The position numbers and the translations under genes were made by a program. 64,000 nt of DNA from Alphaproteobacteria bacterium (GTDB lineage Bacteria > Pseudomonadota > Alphaproteobacteria > UBA828), in assembly GCA_965237415.1 (NCBI GenBank), contig CBDEFM010000002.1, positions 1,088,001-1,152,000 on the forward strand. Reading direction: 5' to 3'. The notes under the pieces are model-generated. The model was given only the letters and a program-made list of their open reading frames with translations, was not told where the DNA came from and did no database searches. Of this stretch, positions 10,893 to 21,657 are shown one piece after another; the first letter of the stretch is position 1; the number at the start of each line of letters is the position of its first letter.

Positions 10893-11353
10893 CCGGGACT
10901 TTGCAGGAGCGGATCCAGCGGCTCGAAGACATCGAGGCGATCCGCCGCCTCAAACACCGCTACATGGCCTATGCCGACGCAGGCTACGACGCAGACAGCA
11001 TCGTGACGCTGATGACGCCCGATGCGGTCTGGGACGGCGGCGAGGCCTTCGGCCGTCAGGAGGGCGCCGAGGCCTTCGGCAACATGGTGCGCGAGGTCGG
11101 CAAGCAGATCAGCTTCGCCGCCCATCTCGCCCTCAACGAGATCATCGATGTGGACGGCGATACCGCGCGCGGCCAGTGGTGGCTGCTGATGCCGTGCACG
11201 GTGCAGAACGACGAAGGCAAGGACGAGGCGCGCTGGATCTTCGCGACCTACGACGACAGGCTCGTGAAGCGGGACGGCCAATGGCTCTTCGCCCACACGG
11301 TGTTCGACGTGAAGGTCTTCACCGCGCACAAGGACGGCTGGGCGGAGGCTTAG
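10889..11353 (+). CDS. SnoaL/NTF2-like protein, paralogue of the upstream gene
   Basis: LEDIEAIRRLKHRYMAYAD, DAVWD, AHLALNEIIDVD, YDDRLVKRDGQW; ATGA overlap. Confidence 0.85.
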   Translation: MTGTLQERIQRLEDIEAIRRLKHRYMAYADAGYDADSIVTLMTPDAVWDGGEAFGRQEGAEAFGNMVREVGKQISFAAHLALNEIIDVDGDTARGQWWLLMPCTVQNDEGKDEARWIFATYDDRLVKRDGQWLFAHTVFDVKVFTAHKDGWAEA

Positions 11354-12597
11354 GATTCGGAGCCAGCCGCTCCGACGTATCCGGCCAAATGTTCCGTCAG
11401 GTCGCGGGCATCGTCCTCGGTCCCGTGGATGAAGCTCGACTTGCGGCGGCGCAGAAAGTTGAGGCCGATCCGGTAGAGGCCGGGCGACCCGGTCACCACG
11501 CCGCCGTCGTGGCGTAGCCGGCCCTTGTGGTCGAAGACCGGGAGATGGACCCAGGAGTGATCGGGCTCGTATCCGGTCGCCCAGATCGCCGTACGTATCC
11601 CTTCCCGTGCGAGGTCGAGGGTCAGCGGCGGCGACTCCTCCACCCGCGTCGGCTCGAAGCGGTGCGGCGGCTCCACCTCATCGTCGAGCCCCTTCTCGGT
11701 GGCCCACTCGTCGATGGTGTCAAGCAGCCGGCCCTGCTTCAAGTCGGCCAGGGTGCACTTGTTGCGGAGCGAGCCCGAGAACTGTGCCTTGCCGTCCGAG
11801 AACCCGGCGAGCGAACCCACGAGCCGCACCCCCAGATCGGTGAGCGCGTTGAGATTCAGCGTGGCCCGCTCAGGCGTCCCGACCAGCTGGGGTGACGGAA
11901 CCCGTCGCGCGCGGACGATATCGTCGACCTCGTCGTAACTCTCGTCGTGCAGCCCTGTGCGGTCCATCCACCACAGGATGTCCTTGCCGCGATAGACGCG
12001 CGGCATGCGGACATGCTCGCCCACCGCGAGCGTCACCGGCCGGCCGGAGCGGTGAACCTCGTCCGCGATCTGAACGCCCGTCGCGGACGCGCCCACCACC
12101 AGCACGCCGCCATCGGGCAGGGCCGAGGGCCGCGTGTAATCCATCGGCGTCACGGACTCGATGGCGCCCGGAAACGCCGCCGCGATGGGCGGAATCTTCG
12201 GCACGTTGAACCCGCCGGAGGCGATCACCACCGCCTGGCACCGCCAGACGCCCCGATCCGTGACGACCTCGTAGCCGTCTCCGTTGCTCGTCAGGGCTTC
12301 GACCGTGGTGCCGGTCTCGAGCGCGGGATCGACGAGCCGGGCATAGCGTTCGATGAACGCCACCACCTCGGCCATCGTCATGAAGCCGTCGGGATCGTCA
12401 CCGTCGTAGGCAAGGCCGGGCACCCGGGTCTGCCAGTTAGGCGTCAGCAAACGCAGAGAGTCCCAGCGCTCCGTCCGCCACGAGTGGGCCACCTCGCCGC
12501 GCTCGATCACCACATGATCGATCCCGCGCGCGGCGAGGCAATGGCTCACGGCGAGGCCGGCATGCCCGGCCCCGACCACGACGGTCGTCGTTTGCAC
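11350..12597 (-). CDS. Flavin-containing monooxygenase-like FAD/NAD(P) oxidoreductase
   Basis: VVGAGHAG, RWDSLRLLTPNW, VVGASATG, IWATGY. Confidence 0.85.
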   Translation of the reverse strand: MQTTTVVVGAGHAGLAVSHCLAARGIDHVVIERGEVAHSWRTERWDSLRLLTPNWQTRVPGLAYDGDDPDGFMTMAEVVAFIERYARLVDPALETGTTVEALTSNGDGYEVVTDRGVWRCQAVVIASGGFNVPKIPPIAAAFPGAIESVTPMDYTRPSALPDGGVLVVGASATGVQIADEVHRSGRPVTLAVGEHVRMPRVYRGKDILWWMDRTGLHDESYDEVDDIVRARRVPSPQLVGTPERATLNLNALTDLGVRLVGSLAGFSDGKAQFSGSLRNKCTLADLKQGRLLDTIDEWATEKGLDDEVEPPHRFEPTRVEESPPLTLDLAREGIRTAIWATGYEPDHSWVHLPVFDHKGRLRHDGGVVTGSPGLYRIGLNFLRRRKSSFIHGTEDDARDLTEHLAGYVGAAGSES

Positions 12598-12605
12598 GGC
12601 GAGAA

Positions 12606-13169
12606 CTAAGTGATGTCGACGGTCACATTCGTCGGGTTGGTCAAGATATCGAAGACCGCCGAACGCTTCTGCGACTGGGCGATGAGCGCCTTGATCTCGT
12701 CAGGCGTCGCGTCGGCGTCGATATCGTAGGTGACGCGGACGTTGCTGAACCCGTTCCGCACTTCGGGATCGGCGCCCAGTATGCCTGCGATATCCATGTC
12801 GCCTTCGACCGTGGCCTTGACCGAACGCAGCTGGATCTCTCTCACCTGCGCGACGGCGGCAACGCCTGCGGTCAGGCAGCTCGCCAGGCCCACGAGGACG
12901 ATCTCCACCGGCGTGGCGGCGTTGTCCTCGGCCGCGAACACCAGGGGATGATCGGACTCGAACGTGTAGGTCGACTTGTGGTCGTGCTCGCCGCCGAGGC
13001 CGAAATAGCCTTCCACCGACGAGTGGCTGTGCGTGCCGTGGAGCCACTGATTGGTGACGCGCCATTGGAATTGGCCGGCTTCCGGGGTCTCGCCCAGGGC
13101 ATTGCGGGCACCGAGCAGGTGCTCGACGTTGACGCCGTTAAGGCCGGGACTCGTGCTGGTATCGGTCAT
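12606..13169 (-). CDS. OsmC family protein
   Basis: NGVNVEHL, SDHPLVFAAEDNAATPVE, GLASCL; AAGGAG RBS before MTDTST. Confidence 0.85.
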   Translation of the reverse strand: MTDTSTSPGLNGVNVEHLLGARNALGETPEAGQFQWRVTNQWLHGTHSHSSVEGYFGLGGEHDHKSTYTFESDHPLVFAAEDNAATPVEIVLVGLASCLTAGVAAVAQVREIQLRSVKATVEGDMDIAGILGADPEVRNGFSNVRVTYDIDADATPDEIKALIAQSQKRSAVFDILTNPTNVTVDIT

Positions 13170-13652
13170 GGAACTTCTCCTTTTGGGCATGGGTGTTGGG
13201 CTGTGACGCCGCCATTTTCGAGAGCGGCGCCAGACGCTTGGAGGATCGCGGGGCCCCCATCGGTCTTACCCGTTGGGATCGGCTACGAGCGGTAGCCTAG
13301 GTACAGCTGAAACGGGACGCGGCCCCCGGAGGGGCGAATGGTTGGGCGCACAGAGTCGTCATCTGGCGGTACTCCTCTCGTCTCCTACGCGCTCTACGAG
13401 CGCCGAGAAGCGGAGTTCCGCCTTCGGCTGACTCATCGATCAGGCATTGGCACCGCTCTTGGCGGTTGCCGCGGCTTCGAAGGGCCTGTCCCTCCACCGC
13501 TCTGGATGAGCGCGTCCTGTATCGGAATGGAAACACATTCCTGCCGGCGCGGTCAACGGGTTGTTGCCGCCCACTTATATGCCGATGATGAATGCAACCG
13601 GCCGCCCCGGCAGTGCGACCGGCGGCTCCGGAACGAACGTGCTTCTCTTCGC

Positions 13653-14276
13653 CTAACTCAGCGGAATCATCACGTGGGTGCGGAAGGGCTCGCGCTCCTG
13701 CAGCCGCTCGTACCAAACCGCAATGTTGGGGAGCGCCGGGCGCTCGATGTCGAGCGCGTGGTAGCGATAGCAGGCGGCGCCGACGGCGATGTCGCCCATG
13801 GTGAGATCGTCAGCGGCAACGAAGCGGCGCCCCTCCATGTGCGCATCGAGGATGCGCCACGCTTCGCCCATGGCGCGGGCGCAACGCTCGATCTTCGCCA
13901 TGTCGCGCTCTTCTGCCGGCGTGCGGATGAGCCCGAGAAAGACCGGCGCGAGGTTGGGCAAGAGCGTGGTCTGCATCCAGTCGAGCCAGAGGTCGGCGCG
14001 TGCGCGGGCCGAGGTATCCTCGGGCCAGAGGCTGCCGGCGCCGTAGCGCGCGGCGATGTAGCGGACGATGGCGTTGGATTCCCAGATCGTGGTGCCGTCG
14101 CCATCGACGATCGTCGGAACCCGCCGGTTGGGGTTGAGCGCGCCGTACTCCGCCGTGTCGAGCCCGCCGAAAGGGCCGCCCACGTCCTTCCGCTCGTGCG
14201 CAAGGTCGAGCTCGCCCACGCACCACATCACCTTCTGCACGTTGATCGAGTTCTTTCGGCCCCAAACGACCAGCAT
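13653..14276 (-). CDS. Glutathione S-transferase (GstB-like)
   Basis: MLVVWGRKNSINVQKV, NPNRRVP, WESNAIVRY. Confidence 0.9.
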   Translation of the reverse strand: MLVVWGRKNSINVQKVMWCVGELDLAHERKDVGGPFGGLDTAEYGALNPNRRVPTIVDGDGTTIWESNAIVRYIAARYGAGSLWPEDTSARARADLWLDWMQTTLLPNLAPVFLGLIRTPAEERDMAKIERCARAMGEAWRILDAHMEGRRFVAADDLTMGDIAVGAACYRYHALDIERPALPNIAVWYERLQEREPFRTHVMIPLS

Positions 14277-14445
14277 GTCATGCGCCTCCCCAGCCCCTTG
14301 CTCCGCAAGGCGGGCAGTATGCCGGATGGCTGCCACGCGGACCACGGGCTCGCGCGCTCGAATCTCGGTTCGACGCGGCGCGCCGGTCGCGATAGGCTTT
14401 CGCTCCACGAGTTCCCGGTGCCGCGTGGAGCCATAGGAGGGCGCG

Positions 14446-15849
14446 ATGAGGGCGAATTTCACTCAGTACGACAACGACGACCTTCGGCAGAAGGACCGCG
14501 ATCACAACATCCACCCCTGGACGGACTTCGCGACCTTCAAGGAGGAAGGCTCCGAAGTCATGGCCGAAGCCGAGGGCGTCTATGTCTATAACGCCAAAGG
14601 CGAGCGCTACATGGACGGCATCGGCGGACTGTGGTGCGTCAACATTGGCTATGGCCGGGACGAGATGGCCCAGGCGATCGCCGATCAGGTGCGCCGCATC
14701 CCCTACTATTCGACCTTCACGCACCTGACCACGCCGCCGGCGGCGGAGCTTGCGGCTAAGCTCGCCGAAATCGCGCCGGCCTCGATCAATCATGTGTTTT
14801 ATGGAACCGGCGGGTCGATGGCGAACGACACCGCCATCCGCGTCATCCATTTCTATTTCAACCGCCTCGGCAAGCCGAACAAGAAGAAGATCATCTCGCG
14901 CATCGACGCCTACCACGGCTCGACCTATCTCGCGATGACCATGACCGGGGTGAAGGCCAACCATGTCGGCTTCGACCTCGCGCCCGATCTGGTGCATCAC
15001 ATCCCGGCACCCCACACCTATCGGCGCCCTGAGGGCATGAGTGTCGAGGAGTTCTGCGACGAGAAGGTCGCCGATCTCGAGAACAAGATTCTCGAGCTCG
15101 GGCCGGAGAACGTCGCCTGCTTCATCGCCGAGCCGATCATGGGCGGCGGCGGGGTGATCGTGCCCCCGCCCGGCTACCACGCCCGCACCAAGGCGGTGTG
15201 CGAGAAGTACGAGGTGCTCTACATCTCCGACGAGGTGGTGACCGGCTTCGGGCGCCTCGGGCACTTCTTCGCGTCCGAACCGGTGTTCAATTTCACCCCC
15301 GACATCATCACCTCGGCCAAGGGGCTCACTTCCGGCTATATCCCGCACTCGGCGACGCTCTTCTCCGATGCGATCTACGAAGTGATCAGCGTGCCCCAGT
15401 CCGAAGGTGCGCTCTTCACCCACGGCTTCACCTATGCGGGGCACCCGGTCTCCTGCGCCGCCGGCCTCAAAAACATCGAGATCATGGAGCGCGAGGACCT
15501 GTGCGGCCACGTGCGCGAGGTCGGCCCCTACTTCGAGGAGCGGCTCAACGAGCTGCTGACATTGCCGCTGATCGGCGACGTGCGGGGCAACAAGTTCATG
15601 ATGTGCGTCGAGGCGGTGAAGGATAAGGAGACCAGGGAGATCTTCGAGCCGGATGCCAAGATCGGCTCGCGGATCACGCGCCATTGCCAGAGTCGAGGCC
15701 TTCTGGTCCGCCCGCTCGGGCACATGAACGTGCTCTCGCCGCCCCTAACGCTCACCCGCAATCAGATCGACACGCTCGTCGAGACGCTGCGGGAAAGCAT
15801 TATCGCCACCCAGAACGACCTCGTCCGCGAGAACATGTGGGCCGGCTGA
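14446..15849 (+). CDS. Class III (omega-amine) aminotransferase
   Basis: DGIGGLWCVNIGYG, FIAEPIMG, DEVVTGFGR, SAKGLTSGY, HGFTYAGHP. Confidence 0.92.
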   Translation: MRANFTQYDNDDLRQKDRDHNIHPWTDFATFKEEGSEVMAEAEGVYVYNAKGERYMDGIGGLWCVNIGYGRDEMAQAIADQVRRIPYYSTFTHLTTPPAAELAAKLAEIAPASINHVFYGTGGSMANDTAIRVIHFYFNRLGKPNKKKIISRIDAYHGSTYLAMTMTGVKANHVGFDLAPDLVHHIPAPHTYRRPEGMSVEEFCDEKVADLENKILELGPENVACFIAEPIMGGGGVIVPPPGYHARTKAVCEKYEVLYISDEVVTGFGRLGHFFASEPVFNFTPDIITSAKGLTSGYIPHSATLFSDAIYEVISVPQSEGALFTHGFTYAGHPVSCAAGLKNIEIMEREDLCGHVREVGPYFEERLNELLTLPLIGDVRGNKFMMCVEAVKDKETREIFEPDAKIGSRITRHCQSRGLLVRPLGHMNVLSPPLTLTRNQIDTLVETLRESIIATQNDLVRENMWAG

Positions 15850-15929
15850 GACGGGGCGCGAAGACTGGCCGGCGGGCGGCGGGTCGCAAGACCGTCGCCG
15901 CCCACGCGGCCGGAGAAGGAGACAGGGAC

Positions 15930-16595
15930 GTGGCACTACCGGTCGCACCGCAGCTGATCGTCAACAGCCGCATGCTCTACTTCTGCTGGGTGCCCGAAGA
16001 CCCGGTAGCGGCGGCGGCCCTGCTGCCGGACGGCCTCACGCCGGCCGAGAACCAGGCGATCTTCATCAACCAGTATGTCGTGGACAGCGACGAGCAGACC
16101 TCGCATTTCGGCGCCTATTCGCTCACCTACGCCGGCCTCGATCTCGCCGGCCTCGACCTCGAGGACGGGACACCCGGCCGCTGGTGGACCCACTATCTCA
16201 ACTCGAACCCGGTGATGCGCGACTATGCCGCGATGCGGGGCGTGCCAGCAGCGCCCGGCCGCACGACGCTCGATCTCGACGGAGATCAATTGACCGCCAC
16301 CACCTATGCGGGCGATCGGGCGATCATCCGCAGCAGGGTGCGGGTCGGCTCCGGTATCGCCGAGACCGCGCGCGGTCACCTGCGTTACATCACCGCCGTC
16401 GATGGCCGCCTGATGAGTGGAAACTACGCCTATGTGGGCGAGATCGCCGACGGCTTCGAGCTTCTCTCGCTCGAATTCCTCGCACCGGACCACTCCTGCC
16501 ACGCGCTGCGCCCGGCGTCGCCGCTGGAGGTCACCTTCGGCTTTTACGCGCCGCGTTCCTCGTTCTGCTATCCGGGCGGCGAAGGGCCGCTCTAG
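15930..16595 (+). CDS. Hypothetical protein, possibly acetoacetate-decarboxylase-like fold
   Basis: GTG start after AGGAG RBS; AAALLPDGLTP motif recalls the Adc-like family; weak. Confidence 0.5.
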   Translation: MALPVAPQLIVNSRMLYFCWVPEDPVAAAALLPDGLTPAENQAIFINQYVVDSDEQTSHFGAYSLTYAGLDLAGLDLEDGTPGRWWTHYLNSNPVMRDYAAMRGVPAAPGRTTLDLDGDQLTATTYAGDRAIIRSRVRVGSGIAETARGHLRYITAVDGRLMSGNYAYVGEIADGFELLSLEFLAPDHSCHALRPASPLEVTFGFYAPRSSFCYPGGEGPL

Positions 16596-16622
16596 CCAGA
16601 CCGCCCGCCCGGCGCGGCGGCC

Positions 16623-17471
16623 TCACTCGGGCGAATAGCCGGGGCAGATCACGTATTTCGGCTCGGTGCAGCCGCCGGTGAGTTCGCGCTGACGCTCCTG
16701 ATAGTTCCACGCACGAACCGCCGTGTAGTGATCGACGGCATGCTCGATCAGGAAGTCGACCGGATCGATCACCTCCTCGCGGCGCACCAACCCCTCGCCA
16801 AGGCTGAGCAACCCGCGCGGAGTCGGGTCGAGCAGATAAGTGCGCAGATCGAGCAGGCCATCGACACCGAAGCCCACGGCATCGCGCGCCGTCGTCGGGC
16901 CGAAGAATGGCAGCACGAGATAAGGGCCTTCGTCGATCCCGTAATGGTGGAGCGTCTGGCCGAAGTCCGCATCGTCGGCCGGGAGCCCCACATCGGTTGC
17001 GACGTCGAAGAGCCCCGCCGCGCCGGCGGTGCTGTTGACCAGGAAGCGACCGAGGCTCGTGCCGGCGCGGCGCCCGTCGAGCTGCAGCAGATGGTTCGCG
17101 GCGACTACCGGCTCCGCCAGATTGGTGTAAGCGCGGCTGATCGCATGGCGCGCGTCGGTCGGCATCATGCCGCGATAGAACCGCGCGAGCGGCTCGAAGA
17201 GGAGAACGTCGAACGCGCCGTTCATGTAGAAGAAGACGCGGTTCATATACTCCAGGGGATCGTCATAGCCATCCTCGCCGCCCTCGCGCGGTAGTACCGG
17301 CCAATCGGCGCCACGACTCTCCACCGGCTCGGCCCCGGCGATCGGGAGCGCGGCTTCCTCCGGCGTCATGCGCTCGCCGCAGCCGTGGATCAACGGAAGC
17401 GCCAAGAGCACCGCCAGCAGCAGGCCGACAAGCCGGCGTGATCTCAATTGGCTAGGCGGCGACAGGATCAT
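16623..17471 (-). CDS. mlaA: VacJ/MlaA family lipoprotein
   Basis: DPLEYMNR, RFLVNSTAG, DFGQTL, GPYLVLPFFGPTTARD. Confidence 0.9.
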   Translation of the reverse strand: MILSPPSQLRSRRLVGLLLAVLLALPLIHGCGERMTPEEAALPIAGAEPVESRGADWPVLPREGGEDGYDDPLEYMNRVFFYMNGAFDVLLFEPLARFYRGMMPTDARHAISRAYTNLAEPVVAANHLLQLDGRRAGTSLGRFLVNSTAGAAGLFDVATDVGLPADDADFGQTLHHYGIDEGPYLVLPFFGPTTARDAVGFGVDGLLDLRTYLLDPTPRGLLSLGEGLVRREEVIDPVDFLIEHAVDHYTAVRAWNYQERQRELTGGCTEPKYVICPGYSPE

Positions 17472-18465
17472 CGCCCCGGCTCAGGACTTCACGGAAGATG
17501 CCGGGATCGACGTTGCCGCCCGAGAGCACGGCGACCACGGTACGCCCGGCGGTGGCGATCTTGCCGGCAAGGACCGCGGCAAGCGCCACCGCGCCCCCCG
17601 GCTCGACCACGAGTTTGAGATGTAGGAACGCCGCCCGCATGGCCGCGCGGACTTCGTCGTCGCTTGCGACGACGCCGCTCTGCACCCGCTCCACATTGAT
17701 CGGGAAGGTGAGCGCACCGGGCATCGGTGCGAAGAGTGCGTCGCAGAGGCTCTCGGGTCCGGGGCCGGGCAGGCCGACGCGGGAGCCTCGTTCCAGCGAC
17801 ATGGCGTGGTCGTCGTAGCCCTGCGGTTCGGCCGTGTGAAGCTGAGTCTCCGGCCAGGCATCGGCAATGGCGAGCGAGGTGCCGGCCATCAGCCCGCCGC
17901 CGCCGGCGGGTACGACCACGGCATCGGGCCGGCAGCCAAGTGCGCTGCACTGCCTGACGATTTCGTGCCCTACCGTCCCCTGTCCTGCGATGACGTGGAA
18001 ATCGTCATAAGGCTTGACCAGCACGGCGCCGCGCTCCGCCGCGATGTGCTGGCCGAGCGCCTCGCGCGCCTCGCTGGCGCGGTCGTAGAGCACGACCTCC
18101 GCCCCGTGGCGGCGGGTGCCCTCAATCTTAACTGCCGGCGCGTCCCTCGGCATGACGATGACCGCGGGCACGCCGACGAGCTTGGCCGCAGCCGCGACGG
18201 CCTGAGCATGGTTGCCGGAGGAGTAGGCCACCACGCCGCCGGCCTTTGCGCCCGCGTCGAGCTGCAACAGCCGGTTGCAGGCGCCCCGAAACTTGAACGA
18301 GCCGGTGCGCTGGAGAGGCTCCGCCTTGAGCAACAGGCGCCCGCCGATCTGCTCATCGAGCGCATCGGCCCGTAGCAGAGGCGTGTCCACCGCGTGTCCG
18401 GCGAGGCGCTCCGCGGCCGCGTACACATCGGCCGGTGTGGGCAGCGGGTTCTGCCTGTCGCTCAT
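17452..18465 (-). CDS. Threonine/serine dehydratase (PLP)
   Basis: LQRTGSFKFRGA, SSGNHAQ, GGGGL, VEPGGA, SGGNVD. Confidence 0.9.
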   Translation of the reverse strand: MSDRQNPLPTPADVYAAAERLAGHAVDTPLLRADALDEQIGGRLLLKAEPLQRTGSFKFRGACNRLLQLDAGAKAGGVVAYSSGNHAQAVAAAAKLVGVPAVIVMPRDAPAVKIEGTRRHGAEVVLYDRASEAREALGQHIAAERGAVLVKPYDDFHVIAGQGTVGHEIVRQCSALGCRPDAVVVPAGGGGLMAGTSLAIADAWPETQLHTAEPQGYDDHAMSLERGSRVGLPGPGPESLCDALFAPMPGALTFPINVERVQSGVVASDDEVRAAMRAAFLHLKLVVEPGGAVALAAVLAGKIATAGRTVVAVLSGGNVDPGIFREVLSRGDDPVAA

Positions 18466-20687
18466 GAGTGCCGCCGGCGGCGCCACCCTGCGCGGCGGGT
18501 CTCGCCACGGTCGGGTCGGTCGGCGGGAGCGACGCCGTCGCCTTCCGAAAACCGACAGGGCGCAGTCAAGCCAACGTGGTCCTGCCCTGCGGCGTCATCG
18601 CCTGCCCCGCAATAGAGCGCCACGGTGCGCTGAGACATGCCGCGCGCAAGATCGCTTTCGAGGCTGGACGCCGTCGGCCGCCGGCCGAGCTGCCAGCGGT
18701 AGACCTGGGTTCCTTCGAGAACCCGCTGAACATAGTTTCGAGTCTCCGGGATCGGGATCATTTCGATCCAATCGATAATGTCCACGTCCGGGTCGCGCCG
18801 GGGGTCGCCGCTGGCCGCGATCCAGCGGGCGACGTTACGCGGCCCGCCATTATAGGCGGCGACGGCCAGCAGGTACGAACCGTCGTAGCGCTCGATCAGG
18901 TCGTCCAGATAGCGGCTGCCGAGGGCGATGTTGTGGGCGGCGTTGGACGTGAGCCGCTTGCTTGACTCGCTCAGGCCCAAGCGGCGGGCGACGCTCCGCG
19001 CAGTCGGTGGCATGAGCTGCATCAGGCCGAGAGCGCCGGAACCGCTCCGCGCTCTGCGGTCGAAGCGGCTCTCCTGGCGGATCAGCGCGAGCACCAACGC
19101 ATGTTCGAGGTCGTCGTCGTCTCTCGCAAACGGCACGTTGACCAGCGGGAACAGCCGGTCGATCGAGACGTAACCGTCCCGCGCGGCATGCTGGGCGGCC
19201 CGGATCGATTGGTCCGGCTGGTCGACGGAGAGCGCGAGCGCCGAAATCAGGGCGTGGTCCGCCTCGTTGCGCGCCAGCGCGCTCAAGCGGTCGTAGAAGG
19301 GCTCGGCGAGATAGTCGCGGCCGAGGAATGTCAGGAAGCGCACGGCAGCGACCAGAGGATGGCCGTCGAGCGTCGCGCCGGCCGCGGTGTCGGGCGCGGC
19401 GCGGATCAACGGTGCATCCCGCGCCGCGATTCGGGCGATGGCGAGCTGGCCGTAAAAGGTGGCCGGATAGATCGCCGCCTTCTCGTACCAGAGCGCCGCG
19501 CTATCCAAGTCGTCGAACGCCTCGGCTGCCCGGCCCGCCCAATATGCGGCCCGCGCCCGGCTTATCGGCATCGTTACCGCGCCGTGCATTTGCACGAAAT
19601 GAGGAAGCGCGGCGCGCGCGTCGTCGAGGAAGCGAAGCGCGAGCCAACCGGCGAGCCACTCCGCCTCCGAGTAGGTTGAGGCAGCCGTCTGACTGTGACC
19701 GGCGGCGAGCGCATAGGCCCGCTCGGTCAGCCCGTCTTCGAGGGCGCGGCGCGCCAGAATGGCGCGTTCCCGCCACCAGAGCTTGGGCTGAGGGCCGAGA
19801 TCCCGCGGCCGCGTTCGCAGGAGCGCGCGGGCGTCGTCGTCGCGGCCCTTCGCGCGCCGCCAGCGCAACCGCTCGTAGACAAGCCCCGGATGATCGCGCA
19901 GCTCCGCCGGCACCCGCTCGATCGCCCGATCCACGCCGCCCTGGCGCGCGCGGAGCATGAGCCGCGCCTCCGCCAGCCGCTGATGCCCCTCGTCGACATA
20001 GCGGTACATGCGCTGTGCCGCGCGAGTATGATTGGCCCACACAAGGCGATCCAGCCGGGCGACGTGATCTTCGGGCCGCAGCATCGAGCGATAGCGGCGA
20101 TGGGTCTCGCGAAGCTCCCGCGAAGTGAACGACCCCTCCACCCACGCTGTTCGAATCAGGGCTGCTGCGCGTTCCTCCTCGTCCCTGGCGAGCAAAGCAT
20201 CGGCGTAGCGCAGGTGACCGTGGCTGCTGATGGGATCGCGCCAATGATACCAGGCGATGACGTCGGCATCGGAGACTCCTCTAGCCATCGCCTCTTCGGC
20301 ATTGATTTGGAGCAGTCTCTGGTCCGGCCAGTCCGGATGCTCGTCCATGAACCGCGCGATCTCGGCGAACGAGGCGGTGCTGCCGGGGCGGCTATAGTCC
20401 CACCAGCGAAGGATCGTGGCGCCGAGCGGGTCGCTGGCCCTCCGGGCGAGGCGATGGGCATGGCGCCAATTGTCGCGCACCGCGGCCCTGAACGCGTCCG
20501 TATAGAGGGCGATATCGGCCCGCGCCACGGGGGGCGGCATCGGTGGATCCGTCGCCGCTCGTGTAGTCACGCCGGAGACCGCCGGAACAAGTACCACGGC
20601 CGCCAAGAGAAGCATTCGCCGCGCCCACCGCGCCGCCTGCGGTGCGCAGCTGAGAAAGGTGGGCTCCCGACGCGGCCTTGTTCCCAT
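18462..20687 (-). CDS. slt: Soluble lytic murein transglycosylase (start uncertain)
   Basis: [32 protein letters not shown]; divergent from dapA. Confidence 0.9.
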   Translation of the reverse strand: MGTRPRREPTFLSCAPQAARWARRMLLLAAVVLVPAVSGVTTRAATDPPMPPPVARADIALYTDAFRAAVRDNWRHAHRLARRASDPLGATILRWWDYSRPGSTASFAEIARFMDEHPDWPDQRLLQINAEEAMARGVSDADVIAWYHWRDPISSHGHLRYADALLARDEEERAAALIRTAWVEGSFTSRELRETHRRYRSMLRPEDHVARLDRLVWANHTRAAQRMYRYVDEGHQRLAEARLMLRARQGGVDRAIERVPAELRDHPGLVYERLRWRRAKGRDDDARALLRTRPRDLGPQPKLWWRERAILARRALEDGLTERAYALAAGHSQTAASTYSEAEWLAGWLALRFLDDARAALPHFVQMHGAVTMPISRARAAYWAGRAAEAFDDLDSAALWYEKAAIYPATFYGQLAIARIAARDAPLIRAAPDTAAGATLDGHPLVAAVRFLTFLGRDYLAEPFYDRLSALARNEADHALISALALSVDQPDQSIRAAQHAARDGYVSIDRLFPLVNVPFARDDDDLEHALVLALIRQESRFDRRARSGSGALGLMQLMPPTARSVARRLGLSESSKRLTSNAAHNIALGSRYLDDLIERYDGSYLLAVAAYNGGPRNVARWIAASGDPRRDPDVDIIDWIEMIPIPETRNYVQRVLEGTQVYRWQLGRRPTASSLESDLARGMSQRTVALYCGAGDDAAGQDHVGLTAPCRFSEGDGVAPADRPDRGETRRAGWRRRRHS

Positions 20688-20741
20688 TATGCTCTCAACC
20701 TATTCTCGCCCGAACGGCAACGGACATCATGGGAGCGTGGC

Positions 20742-21617
20742 ATGTTCGAGGGATATCTGACGGCCCTGATCACGCCGTTCCGCAATGGCGAGGTGGATGA
20801 AGACGCGTACCGTGATTTCGTCGCCTGGCAAATCGATGAGGGTGCCGCCGGGCTGGTGCCCTGCGGAACCACGGGTGAATCGCCGACCCTCAGCCACGGC
20901 GAGCACCACCGCGTGACCGAGATCTGCATCGAGGTCGCGGCAGGGCGGGTTCCGGTCGTTGCCGGGACGGGCTCGAACTCGACCGAGGAGGCGATCAGCC
21001 TCACCCACCACGCCAAGGACGCCGGCGCAGACGGCGCGCTGCTGGTCATGCCCTATTACAACAAGCCGACGCAAGAGGGCATGTACGCCCACTACAAGGC
21101 CATCAACGACGCCGTGGACATTCCGCAGATCATCTACAACATCCCCGGGCGGAGCGTGGTGGACATGTCGGTCGAGACGATGGCGCGCCTCGCCGAGCTC
21201 CCCAACGTCGTGGGCGTCAAGGACGCGACCGCCGATCTGGGCCGGCCCACCCGCACCAGGGCTGCCATCGGCGAAGAATTCTGCCAGCTCTCGGGCGAAG
21301 ACGGCACGATTCTGGGCTTCCTCGCGCAGGGTGGCGACGGTTGCATCTCGGTGACGGCGAACGTGGCACCGCGCCAGTGCGCGGGTTTCTTCGCGGCGTG
21401 GGAGCGCGGCGATACCGAAGAGGCACTGGACCGGCACACCCAGCTCATGCCGCTTCACGACACGCTGTTTGTCGAGAGCAACCCGATCCCTGTCAAGTAT
21501 GCCGCGTCGCTCCTCGGCAAGTGCGAGCCGGAGATGAGGCTTCCGCTGACCTCCCCAAGCGCGGCCAATCGCGAGCGGATCGAAGCGGCAATGCGCCAGG
21601 TCGGCGTCCTCAACTGA
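20742..21617 (+). CDS. dapA: 4-hydroxy-tetrahydrodipicolinate synthase
   Basis: [34 protein letters not shown]. Confidence 0.96.
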   Translation: MFEGYLTALITPFRNGEVDEDAYRDFVAWQIDEGAAGLVPCGTTGESPTLSHGEHHRVTEICIEVAAGRVPVVAGTGSNSTEEAISLTHHAKDAGADGALLVMPYYNKPTQEGMYAHYKAINDAVDIPQIIYNIPGRSVVDMSVETMARLAELPNVVGVKDATADLGRPTRTRAAIGEEFCQLSGEDGTILGFLAQGGDGCISVTANVAPRQCAGFFAAWERGDTEEALDRHTQLMPLHDTLFVESNPIPVKYAASLLGKCEPEMRLPLTSPSAANRERIEAAMRQVGVLN

Positions 21618-21657
21618 GCTTAGCTCTCGGGCAACACCTCAAGGCCAGGTCCGCGCC

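Noticed and set aside
13297-13716. ORFs in the OsmC-GST spacer
   Set aside because: No motifs, atypical composition and overlap with GST; not called as CDS.
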